A stretch of DNA of 63,778 nucleotides, counting the filler, from Chiloscyllium plagiosum (lineage: Eukaryota), in assembly GCF_004010195.1 (NCBI RefSeq). It is 4 parts of one record of this genome, joined end to end, with 100 filler letters (N's around TTAATTAATTAA, not from the genome) between each part and the next. Parts side by side here need not be neighbours in the genome. Positions count along the whole stretch, not along the records: positions 27,419 to 42,806 come from NC_057713.1; positions 42,907 to 59,796 come from NC_057713.1; 2 more parts are not named here. The stretch is one strand, 5' to 3'. The first letter of the stretch is position 1; every line of letters begins with the position of its first letter. The notes under the pieces were generated by a model. That model saw only the letters and a list, made by a program, of their open reading frames with translations, was not told the DNA's origin and made no database searches. The translations under genes and the position numbers were made by a program. This document shows, piece after piece, positions 40,385 to 52,256 of this stretch.

Positions 40385-40752
40385 ATAAAGTTAAAAATCA
40401 CACACCAGGTAAATATTGTCTAGCTATCACCATTGTTAACAGCTAACCTGAGAATGCAACTTTTGAATAAAAGGTTTTATGATTTACACATGAAAGAAGT
40501 GAAACTATCACGGTATTCTAACAGATGAAAGGCTTAACAGACAATTAATTTTTCAATGTATAATTTCAGTTACATCACACTGTAAATTTCTGCTATAAAT
40601 TCTGTGTTAGGATTGAGCCCTCCACTACCACCTGATGAAGGAGCGACGCTCCGAAAGCTAGTGTGCTTCCAATTAAACCTGTTGGACTATACCTGGTGTT
40701 GTGTGATTTTTAACTTTGTACACCCCAGTCCAACACCAGTATCTCCAAATCA
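40385..40752 (+). mobile_element. PLE terminal-repeat insertion with intact hammerhead motif
   Basis: 12-bp TSD ctcaactggagt (40373-40384 / 40753-40764); short inverted 5' piece. Confidence 0.85.
40629..40663 (+). ncRNA. Minimal type-I hammerhead ribozyme motif (PLE-associated)
   Basis: CAC-CUGAUGA-A-GGAGC-GAC-GCUCC-GAAA-GC-UA-GUG: full core, 5-bp stem II, CAC/GUG stem I, palindromic AGCU helix III. Confidence 0.75.
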
Positions 40753-41229
40753 CTCAACTGGAGTGACTGTCATCACTGAACATAGAATCACAGAATTGTT
40801 AAAGCACAGGCAGCCATTCGGTCCATCTTATCTACATTGGTTCACCAACTATGCAATCCATCCAGTGCCATCCTCCGTCCTTCTAATGTTTTTAGGATAT
40901 TCCTGTTCCCTTTCAAAAGATATGCATCCATCACACAGTCAGGCAGTGCCTCCCATACCTTAGCCATTGACTGCATGATAAACAAATAATGAGCGACTTG
41001 AAGAGAATCGATAGGAAAGACCTATTTCTTCTGGCAAAGAGGCTAATTACCAGTGAGCACAGATATAGAAATACATAAAGAAAAATGTTTGGTAGTGAGT
41101 GTCTGGAATTCATTGTCCAGTTTTGTGGTTGAGGCAGAAACCCCTCAATTAATTTAAAAGGAACTTGTCTGAATCTGAAAGGCTAGAGACCAGATGCTAG
41201 GAAGTGGGATTACAAGGGGTGGCTAATTT

Positions 41230-42590
41230 ATTTAGCTCTATGTTCCTCTGGGCTTCCTAGTATTCTGTCACTCACCATGGACTCCCTTGTCTTGTTACTT
41301 CTTCCAAAGTGCATCACTTCACAATCATCAAGGTTAAATTTCATCTGCCACTGATTTGCCCATCTGACCAAACCATTTATATACTCTTTTAACCCCTGAC
41401 CTTCTTCGTTACTGTCAACCAACCGGCCAATCTTTAGATCATCCTCAATTTATTCATCATGACTACATTATTTTGATGTAGTCAGCTAATTGACATCATT
41501 TTTGAAGATTTCAACGAATAAGGGGACCAGTGCTGAACCTGGTGGTACATCACTGCACACCGAGCTCCATTCACACGAACAGCCTTCTACCACCACTTCT
41601 GTCTCCTGTCACTGAAACAACTTTGGATTCAACTTAGCAAATCACCTTGGTCCCATGAGCTTTTATCTTCTTTATCATTTTCCCATGTGGGGCCTTGTCA
41701 AAAGGCCTTGCTGAAATCCATATATACCACATCAATGCCCTACCTTCATCCAATAGTTGGTGATCACTTTGGACCATTCCATCAGATTTGTTAATCACAA
41801 CTTCCTTCTGGCAAAGCCATGCTGTTCATTCCTGATCAAACCTTGCCTCTCTAAATGGAGATTAATTTTCTCCTTCACTATTTTCTCTAATTGTTTCCCG
41901 ACCACTAATGCTAGACCAGGAACAATAGAGCAGTAAGTCTATCTCCGACACCCTTGTTGTGAAGTGAATCCAGGTTAATATTTCCCCAGTCATCTGGCAC
42001 CTCCTGTGGCCAGAGGTGGTTTGGGCCAGGATCCCTGTAATTTTGTGCCTCATCTCCCACTGTGGCCTGGGATACAGACTTGGGAATTTGGCCACTTGTA
42101 AATTTGTCAAAACCTCTAGTATCTCCTCACTTCTTATATCAATCTGCTCAAGACGTCTCAAATTTTGCACTTGCATCCTCCTTCTCCTGTGTGAAGAAAG
42201 TTGTGATGTACTCATATAACACTCCACCAATGTCCTCTAGCTTTATGCACAGATTATTCTCGTGGTCCCTAACATACCTTACTCTTCCCCGGTTATTCCC
42301 TTGATGTACTTGTAGAATATTTTAGGACACTCCATTGGGATAATCTTGCTCATCAACATTTTTTGATGCTCCTTGCTTGCTCTCTTGAGATCCCCCAGCA
42401 CTCCTCTCCAGCATCCATTATTTTGCTCCATTTGTATCTATTAAAAGTGTCTCTGTTCCTGTTATGCACTCCTGAATATTCTTAGATATCGAGGGCTCTC
42501 TAGGTTTGTTACTCGTACATTTCACCCTAAAGGTTGAGTCTGTACTCACCCTATTATCTTTTTAAGCACTTCTCACTGTTCATTCGTATA
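41230..42590 (-). mobile_element. Decayed CR1 ORF2
   Basis: WANQWQMKFNLDDCEVMHFGRSN and YMDFSKA-type motifs on the minus strand. Confidence 0.8.
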
Positions 42591-42597
42591 TAGTAAC

Positions 42598-43320
42598 ATG
42601 TTTGAGGTGAAGGATGTCATGGACATCCCTGCTGATTACACTTGCAGGAATTGCACCCAACTCCAGCTCCTCCAAGACCGTGTTAGGGAACTGGAGCTGG
42701 AGTTGGATGAACTTAGGATCATTCGGGAGGCAGAGGGGGTCATAGATCGGAGCTTTAGGGAAGTAGTAACTCCAAAGATGGCAGATAGATGGGTGACAGT
42801 GAGGGGNNNNNNNNNNNNNNNNNNNNNNNNNNNNNNNNNNNNNNNNNNNNTTAATTAATTAANNNNNNNNNNNNNNNNNNNNNNNNNNNNNNNNNNNNNN
42901 NNNNNNAAGGTCGTATGAGGAAAGGCTGAGGCACTTGGGTTGTTTTCATTGGAGAAAAGAAGGTTTAGGGGTGACTTGATAGAGGTGTACAAGATGATTA
43001 GGCGTATAGATAGGGTTGATTATGAGAACCTTTTTCCACATATGGAGTCAGCTATTATGAGTGGGCATAGCTTTAAATTAAGGGGTGGTCGGTATAGGAC
43101 AGATGTTAGGGGTAGATTCTTTACTCAGCGAGTCGTGAGTTCATGGAATGCCCTGCCAGTAGCAGTGGTGGACTCTCCCTCTTTATGGGCATTTAAGCGG
43201 GCATTGGATAGGCATAAGGAGGATAGTGGGCTAGTGTAGGTTAGGTGGGCTTGGATCGGCGCAATATCGAGAGCCAAAGGGCCTGTACTGTGCTGTATTT
43301 TTCTATGTTCTATGTTCTAT
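42598..43320 (+). mobile_element. CR1 element(s): ORF1 start left of gap, ORF2 3' end right of gap
   Basis: DYTCRNCTQLQLLQDRVRELELELDEL; FSLEKRRFRGDLIEVYKM; (ctatgtt)n tail. Confidence 0.85.
42807..42906. other. Assembly gap with TTAATTAATTAA linker (42851-42862)
   Basis: 44N + linker + 44N. Confidence 0.95.
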
Positions 43321-44645
43321 TTGTTTTAATTATGTTTGGCATGGATGATGTTTTGTGCTGGTGCCTCATTTCACTTGGATTAACATTGATCCCTTGACAA
43401 GCAAAGTAACATAAAAACAAAAGATTTGGTCATTCAATCATTTAGTTCTGTATGTAGGCGTGAAATGTTGGATTTAGGCAATGACCATTTGCCTTGCGTG
43501 TTTCCAATATTCCTTTGTAGTTAGCTAACACAATCATTAAAGCAAATTATATAACTTGTATTAATATTAATATGGTGGCTTGCACATTCTCGAGATATTC
43601 CAAAGTACTTTACCAGTATTATATTCATTATGAAGTGTTATTATGTTTTGTTGATATTCTCAGTACAGCCAACAATAACTTGCATTAATAATGTTTTTAG
43701 TGGATTAGCAATTCCCATGCCAATTATAATAGTAATCGATTAGACACACAGCCATGCAAAGAAATATGCAACCAAAAGCTTGTTGAAAGAGGTAGGCTTT
43801 AAGGAAGATCTTTAAGGAGGAGGCAGACAGAAACAGAGGCAGAGTCTAAACAGGGAATTTCAGAGGTAAGGACCCAGGCAGCTGAAGGCATAAGAGCTGA
43901 TGGTAGACTGAAAAAAATCATGGAAACTCAAGTTTGGATGAGCAAGTTTGGATGAAGAGCATTACTGTTCTTGAACAATCAGGCACACAAAACTGTCACA
44001 TCTGAAAATTGCCCAGCCTCGCTACTCTGTTCAAAAATAATTATTCCTTTTGCTAACTCATTCATGAATGCAAGAACCAGTGATATGTCTGGGAATTGCA
44101 TTCATTTCTGTGTTAAAACATTCAGCTTTTGATTACACACAGTGAAGTGTACTACTATAGCCATGTCTAGAAATCTTAAATGCCCCAGAATGTACAAGCA
44201 ATTGCCAGTCCCAGCTCTTCACAATATATGTTCTGAAGTAGTCATACCAGATACAAAATGATAATTCTGTTTTTCTTCACAGATGCTGCTGGATTTGCTG
44301 AGTTTCTCCAGCAATTTCTGTTTTGTTTGTTTCTTTCACATTACAATTCCAGAGAGTAATTAATGTTTCTAACTGATTTGCAAGCAAGCCTCAATTATTC
44401 CACATTGGCAAGCAAGCATCCTCATCACTATCACATTGTTGAATTCTTGCTCAGATGTAATGTTACCTTCTGAGTCCAATGTTACTTCAGCAACCTTTGC
44501 TTCAGACCTTTGGTCTTTCTGAGTTTCACTGTCATTCAGAACTTTTGTTATGATCAAAGATAAGATCTACAAGCAGACAGTTTAAACTGATTCTCATCTA
44601 CTCAAGTTCGTTAACCGTCATGACCACACTAATTGTTTATCTCTG

Positions 44646-45017
44646 TGAAATAACGACACAGAGGTCTGTAACTGATCCCCAAATCCCCCATTATTTACAT
44701 GTGGACAGTACATGGGCTCTGACCAGTCAGATCAAAGCCAGTCCCTAGAATGAGGAAACTCTCTGAATCTCATGTTTATTTTTTTTCTTCTTTTTTTATT
44801 TTTTATTTTTTTTACCCCCACACTACTGCCTAACTGCGGTAGTACTTATTTTTTTCCCCCAGCACCCATGTTGTGTGTGTGCAGGTGTGAGACACAGTGA
44901 GAGACACAAGGTGTCTCATGTTTATATCTGTCAGCCCGGGCTCCCTGATTGGCCCAGGCTAACAACCCCCATCAAGAATCTCATAGTTAATGTGATCAAG
45001 CTGTTCTAATCACTACA
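44646..45017. mobile_element. Solo LTR carrying a nested poly(A)-tailed retro-insertion (44780-44913, minus)
   Basis: TG...CA ends with 5-bp TSD ctctg (44641-44645 / 45018-45022); nested insert flanked by 12-bp TSD tctcatgtttat (44768-44779 / 44914-44925) with a T-rich left end. Confidence 0.65.
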
Positions 45018-45149
45018 CTCTGCTGGTATAAATAATGATTAGATTTATCTACTATCACACTAAAATAAGACTACATCATTTATTCAAATCCAGAAGCAAA
45101 ACTTGTGCATGATTTTATTCTTAGATATGAATTGAGACAATTTAGCAAT

Positions 45150-46227
45150 TGATCACTTTCCACCTCTCACTTTGAAAGCATGACCTCTCGTTATTGAATC
45201 CTTCACCTCGGGGAAAAAGCTTGTCTCTACCCATCCTGTCTATACCCTTCATGATTTTGTAAACCTCAATCAGGTCCTCCCTCAATCTCCTTTTTTCTAG
45301 TGAAAATAAGCCTAACCTACTCAACCTTTCTTCATAGCTAGCACCTTCCATACCAGGCAACATTCTCGTAAACCTTCTCTGCACCTTCTTCAAAGCATCC
45401 ATATCCTTTCAGTAATGTGGCAACCAGAACTGTACACAGTATTCTAAATGCGGCCGAACCAATGTCTTGTACAATTTTAACATGACTTGCCAGCTCTTAT
45501 ACTCAATACCCCGTCCGATGAAGGCAAGCATACTATATGCCTTCTTGACCACTCTATCCACCTGTTCAGCAACCTTCAGGGTACAATGGACCTGCACTCC
45601 CAGATCTCTCTGCCCATCAAATTTTCCCAAGGCTCTTCCATTCATTGTATAATTCGCCCTAGAATTAGACTTGCCTAAATGCATCACCTCACATTTTTCA
45701 GGATTGAAAACCATCTGCCGCTTTTCTGCCCAATTCTCCAGTCTATGTATATCCTCCTGTACTCTCTGACAGTCCCTTATTCTTTCTCCTACTCCACTTT
45801 GTGTCATCTGCAAACTTGCTGATCATACCAACAGTGCCCTCTTCTAGATCATTTATGTATACCACAAACAACAGTGGCCCCAATACTGACCCCTGTGGAA
45901 CACCACTGGTCACCTTTCTCCATTTCGAGAAACTCCCTTCAACTACTACTCTCTGTCTCCTGTTGCTCAACCAGTTCTGTATCCATCTAGCTGGAACACC
46001 CTGCACACCATGTGACTTCACTTTGTCCAATGGGGAACCTTATCAAATGCCTTACTAAAGTCCATGTATATAACATCAACAGCCCTTCCTTCATCTAACA
46101 ACTTGGTTACTTCCTCGAAGAACTCTATCAAGTTGGTAAGGCATGATCTCCCCCACACAAAACTATATTGCCCATCACCGATAAGCTCATTCCTTTCCAA
46201 ATATAAATAGATCCTATCTCTCAGTAC
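45150..46227 (-). mobile_element. CR1 RT fragment
   Basis: [64 protein letters not shown]. Confidence 0.93.
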
Positions 46228-47540
46228 CCGGTGTCTGGATGACAGAGGGAAGAAAAGCACGTTGTTCAAAACAGGTGGAGATCTGGGATTCTTGGGAATG
46301 AAATGTCCGAGCAGATGTGGTGGAGGAACTGGGAGAATGGGATGGAGTTCTTGCAGGATACAAGGTGTGAGTAGGTGTAATCCAGGCAGTGATGGGAGTC
46401 TATGGGTTTGTAGTGAACGCCCGTCTGGAGTCTATTGACAGAGATGGAAATGGAGAGGTTAAGAAAGGGGCGGAAAGTGTCCAAGATGGATCACGTGCAT
46501 TTGAGGGCAGGGTGAAAGTTGTTGGCGAAGTCGATTAACTGCTCCAGTCATCGATGTAACAGAGGACAATTTGGGGCACAGTGTCTGTGTAGGTACTGAA
46601 GACGGACTGTTCAATATAACCAACAAAGAGGCAGGCATAGCTGAGGCCCATCTGGGTGCCCATGGCTATCCCCTTGATTTTGAGGAATTGGGAGAAGTTA
46701 AAGGAAAAGTTGTTGTGGGTGAGGACCAGTTCGGCGAGGCGAAGGATGGTATTGGTGGAGAGGAACTGGCTGGGTCTGTTGGAGATGAAGAAGCAGAGGG
46801 CCTGGAGGCCATCCTGGTAGGGTATGGACATGTATAAGGACTACATGTCCATATTGAAGATAAAGCTCAGGGGTTCGGGGAAACTGGAGGTTACTGAAGA
46901 GATGGAGGACATGGTTGGTGTTGCGGATGTACGTGGGAAGTGCCTAAACTAAGGAGGAGAGGATGGAGTTGAGGTAGGACGAGATGAGTTCGGTGGGGCA
47001 GGACCATGCCGAGACAATGGGATGGCCAGGGTAGTTGTGCTTGTGGATCTTGGAGAGCAGGGAGAGCCAGGCAGTCTGGGCTGAGTGACAATGAGATGGA
47101 GGCAGTGGAGGGGAGATCATTGGAGGCAATGAGGGTACAAACAGTGCGAGTGATTTTGGCATGAGGGTTGCGGTGGGGACATGGGCAAGGGGGAGGTAGG
47201 ACGTGGTGTCAGAGAGTTGGCGTTCAGCCTCTGTGATATAGAGGTCCATTCTCCAGAATACCACTGCGTGCCTTTGTCAGCAGGTTTGACGGTGAACTGG
47301 GAGCTGGTGCAGACAGAGTAGAGTGCTGTATGTTTGGAGGAGGGGAGGTTGGAGTGTGTGAGGGGGGTGAAGAAATTGAGACAGTCATCGGTAGTCAGCA
47401 ATGAAGGGCTCTAGGGTGGGCACAAGGCCAGCGGGGGGTGACCAAGTCGTGGATGAAGGTTGGAGGTGGGAGAAGGGGTCCTCAGAAGGAGCTTTGGAGT
47501 TTTTGTCAAAGAAGAAGACATAGACGCAGAGGCTCATACA
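46228..47540 (-). mobile_element. Penelope-like RT fragment
   Basis: VKPADKG, KIHKHNYPGHPIVSA, LAELVLTHNNFSF, GIAMGTQMG.SYACLFVG, YIDD, HYKPIDSH; frameshifted. Confidence 0.9.
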
Positions 47541-49545
47541 GCTCCTATCATACAGCAGATTTACACAAGATACCGCATTCATTTCTGCAAATCTCCTTCA
47601 TGAGCATTTTATCCTGGTCATTGTCCAGCGTAATATAGTGTGTGAGGAAACTTTACTCAGCTGTAGTTAGCAAAGCATCAGGAATTCCTTATGGCAATGG
47701 TTAACTGGGGGTCAGAATTGGGAATAGAAAGCGAGCAGGCAAAGATATCATGATACAATTTCTTATATTTGTCATGCTGTGAGCCATTTTGCTTTGAATG
47801 TTAAAAATGGTTCAATATTGCTTTCATATATCAATTAGACTCATTCCCTGATAGGAGATACGTAATTCGAACTGCATGACTCCACCATGAAGTATGCACA
47901 ATGACACAAGTCATGTCTCTATTTTCAATCAATTGGACAAAGAAAAAGTAATTTTAAACATATTTCCTTTAGCTCAGGAAGAAAGTGATTTTAGCAACTG
48001 TGCCCAGCAAAAAATGTTCATGCATGAGGCTGTAACTTAAAACTGAAAGTACCAGTGGTGTTTTACTTCCAGAACCTTAGCAAGTACAGAGTCTATAGAA
48101 GGGAAATTCCCAGAGGAAATTCTGAATTTAACTGCCGAGTGGAAAATTCAGTGCCTCCAGAATGAGAACTCCAGAGTTAATCCAGAGGAAAACTAGGATT
48201 TCAGGACATACACCATATATATTAAAATAAAACATTGCTTGAATATATCAGGAGATTGAAAATAAGCTTATTTGGACTTTTCCATGTATCTTTGTGGCAA
48301 ATTACCCTAAAACTGCCAACAATTGGTCAAAAGAAATCAAAAATTTACTTAAAGTTGAAACTGACTCAAAAATAAATGTAGTAAGTTGCCATTTCATTAA
48401 TTCTCTATTAATAATATATAATGTTGCTAAGCTTGTAACACTATTATGCATTACAAACATACCTCTTCTGTTCTGAATAACCGTCTTTTCTGTTTCATAG
48501 TTGGTGGGCCTTGTGTTAGGTGTTGTTTTCCAATCTGTGTATTTGTCCCAACAGTTGATGTCTTTTTATCGGTGCTCACTTTTTCATGTACATTAGAAGA
48601 CGCAGTCACATGGGTCTGGGTTTGGATTCCTCCTTCTAAAGTATCTGCTCAAAACAGGATTTTTAAAAATTGCTGCATTCTCAATCAGCAAATGAAAAAT
48701 TACTAATACAGACAAATGGCACATAAAGAAATCCTCAACCCAAGATTTGATCCAGACCTCCTTAAAACAATAGTCTCTTTGGACATCCTGAGAAACTGTG
48801 ATGATAGTCTGTATGAGCTAGATTCAACATTCATATACACCATGAACCTAGTTCCATCAGGAAGTTTATAGACAGCATAAGTGATTCTAAACCTTGGTGG
48901 GTGAAGGAGAAGGACAGTGAACTAAATTACTTGCAGCACTGTTTTGGGTCTTTTGTTATGTAGTATTGGAATGTCAAACGTCAAATATTTTATGTGGAAA
49001 CAGAATGCATGTTCAACAACTACTCTATACAGTTATACAATGGTTCTAATGTGGTGGCATTATTTTTTCTATTGCACAAATCCATCATTTGTTTTGCATT
49101 GCCAAATCAAAAATCAATATCACACCTATTCTTTTTCCTAAGAGAAAATTGGAGTGATATTTGAAACAGATGAAGAGAGAGACTAGGCTGCAGTGAGAGA
49201 TTGGCAAATTTGGATTGCTCAACAAAAGGTAAGCTGAGTTGACTGGTCTGCACCAGTGATGTGAACTTCTAATGCTTTAAAGTATTTATCTGCCATGAAT
49301 GTGCGATTGCAGAGTTACAAGTGTATATGAGATGCAAGGTTTGAGTGCGAGGATTACCGCTGTGTTAAATGTGTGATGGTATAATAAAGCACATTGAGTT
49401 GAAGGGTTGGGATTGCTGATTGGTGAGGGTAGTGATATGACCAGTGAGTGAGGCTGGTTACATGGTTAGTAGGATATGGCTTTTGAAGGTCAATTTCATT
49501 CATCTTGAAAATTCATATGGGATTATGAAAATTCTCCCTGTGCTG

Positions 49546-50203
49546 TGTGACGATGTTGTTCCTTCAACAAGGTTATGTGGTCCTTGTTTTCTTTTCAAAA
49601 GGGGTTGTAAAAGGCAGAGGTCTGTTGTTCCTATTTTGTCTGGGTTACTTTGATTGTAGCTAACAGATACTGCCTAAGGCAACAATCAGGGAAAAGGGCT
49701 TTTCGGTTTTTTTAAAAACACTTGTACAATGAAAGGGGAGTGGCCAATTCTCCAAATTCAGGGAGTTTTGCCAGCTTGGTTTGGTTTTAGCTGGTAACCC
49801 AGAGAAGCTGCTGGAGTGAAGATGTTCCATGCCTCAGCAAATGATCCCTAGTTGATTCTCTCTGCCATCTCTCTCCTGTAAGAACCTGTGTTTGAATTAA
49901 CCTCTTTGTCAAGAGGTGTGTTTATGGGATGTTGCAGGAAATTGGAACAGCTCTTTGTTAAGTTGTGGGGAATATCGTGTCAGTTGCGTTTTCACATCAT
50001 TGTTATTCTCAATTCTGTTTTCCTCTGTTTGTGATTCCTTTGATGGTGTGTAAATAAATTCTGGTTTACTTGAAGCCAAGCGGTTTAACCAGCTGCATCA
50101 CTTCTGGGATATCCACCTGACATCTGCCTGAAACAAGTCAAAAAATTAGGGTCTGTGCTACCTTCTTAAAATGTTTTGAGGGAGTCTGGTCTGGTCCATA
50201 ACA
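49546..50203 (+). mobile_element. Solo LTR (658 bp), probably Gypsy-type
   Basis: TGTGACG...CATAACA termini, 4-bp TSD gctg (49542-49545 / 50204-50207), AATAAA at ~50053. Confidence 0.75.
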
Positions 50204-51418
50204 GCTGCCATCCATATTTGAAGAGTACTACAAATGGCACTTACCTCTGTTGCTACTTGCTCCCTCTGCATCCTGAGTATGGACTTGAAGGTATCCTGTA
50301 CCCTTGCCCCCATAGGACATTTCAGAATCACAGAATTGTTATGGCACAAAAGGGGCCAAATGGCTCTTCATTCCTGCACCAACTATTCAAATGAGCATAA
50401 TTACCTATTGCCAATATCCTGCTTTTCCTCCACACACTTGCATGCTATTCCTATCCTATGACCTACTTGTCTTTTCTCTTGTCTTCACTTTTCCCGAGGA
50501 CTGGGTGATAGATATTCGTTGGTTTAGTGCACACTTGTGCGATCAGGTAGTTTGGAAGGAACTAGAGGCTGACAATAGTCATGCCATATTAAGTGACTCA
50601 GTTGAATATGCCTCCACCACACTTCCAGGCAGTGCAATCCCTAACCAAACTATTCACTGTTTGAAATTCTCTCCTTTTTGCCACTTCTACCAATGTCTCC
50701 AGTACAGCTGAGCACTTTGTGCACACACTCTTTCAAATGTTCATCTAATCTTCATTACAGCATATATTCAGTTTTCAAATTACTCCTAGCACTTTCAGTT
50801 ACCACAATGTGTATCCTCATTAAATGGTGTGGGATGCCTTTACATCATGTTGGTCACTTGAGCTATGACGCACCCCCTCCAGTAGTTACTCTGATTACAT
50901 GCAGCAGTCACGTACGTACTGTTTGCAGCATACTGAAAGGATCTGCACTTATTCCAGGTTAGTTGTGGATTAATCATGATCTCTCTATTGGTTTCTCCCC
51001 CATCTCAGTAATCAACAACATTTTCATATTAAAAAGCCAATTAATAATTACAACATAAAAGTGTATATTTCAAACTAACCCTATGACAGGTGATGGAGAC
51101 ATTGAAAACATATTTTATGTACCGGGACAAATCAGTTGGAGAGTTTTGAAGTTCAATCATAGAAAATAATTTCTTGGAGGGAGTAGAACATCTGAATATA
51201 TCAGTGGCTTTACCATCCAAACAACAGAGTTCAGTATCTTGAGTCATGTTTTGAATGTCAATAAGAGGTGGTGCTTAGATGAAAGGTAAATTCATCATTC
51301 AACCAGCTAAAGAAATGGAAAATCAAGATTTGACAAATCTGTTACACTTGAAGATGTTAATAACAAAATTGATTTAAAAAAAGAGCCAATGGATATTATT
51401 TGCTTAGATATACATAAG

Positions 51419-52256
51419 CCTGGATGTAAAGTTCATTTTCGTCACCATACTACAAAGAGCAGAGAAAAATCAGCTATACAGCATATTCAAAAAGAACGGG
51501 TACCAATGAACATAGTTCACCTATTTCTCAGCAACAAACCCAAACAAGCAAACAAAACACATCCAGGAACCGTAGCCACTCTCCCCTACATCAAAGACAT
51601 CTCTGGAATGACTGTCAGACCACTCAGACCTTTTGGTATCATGGTAGACCGCAAACCCATCAACACACTAAAACAGCAACTAATGAACTTGAAAGACCCC
51701 ATACAGACAACAAACAAAACTAATATCCTTTACAAAATACCTTACAAGAACTGTAACAAATACTACATTGGACAAACGGGCAGAAAACTAGCCACCATGA
51801 TGCATGAACATCAACTGGCCACAAAATACATGACCCACTCTCACTAGTATCCATACAAATAAGGAAGGACACCACTTTGACTGGGACAACACAGCCATCC
51901 TAGGACAAGCCAAACAAAAACACGCGCAAGAATTCCTAGAAACATGGCATTCCAACCAATACTCTATCAACAAACACATCAATTTGCATCCCATCTACCA
52001 CCCTCTGATAAAAAGAACCAGAAACGACATCACCACAGGAACTGACACCACCACGGGAAATGACATCACCAACCCAAGGAAACCTAAACACATAAATAGA
52101 AAGCGGGTCACTAACACCAGTGCTTCACCAGAGGCTCACTGATGATGTTACCTAGTATGGTGCTGAAATGTCTGAAAACGAACCTTTCAGCTCAGTGAGC
52201 AAACCTACATCCAGAACCTCAACCTCAGCCACAAATCTTCTCAAAACTTGCTAATT
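51419..52256 (+). mobile_element. Penelope-like element 3' part (GIY-YIG + hammerhead) inserted in a CR1
   Basis: LPYIKDISG...NILYKIPYKNCNKYYIGQTGRKLA...HEHQ. CTGATGA-TGTTACC-TAGTAT-GGTGCT-GAAATGTC at 52139-52172. Direct repeat cataag on both flanks splits the host CR1 LD.(Q)KAFDKV motif. Confidence 0.88.

Noticed and set aside
48612..48630. ESKP-like match to the PDZ exon (ESKPEPQ)
   Set aside because: Four-residue coincidence; the flanks do not encode PDZ sequence.
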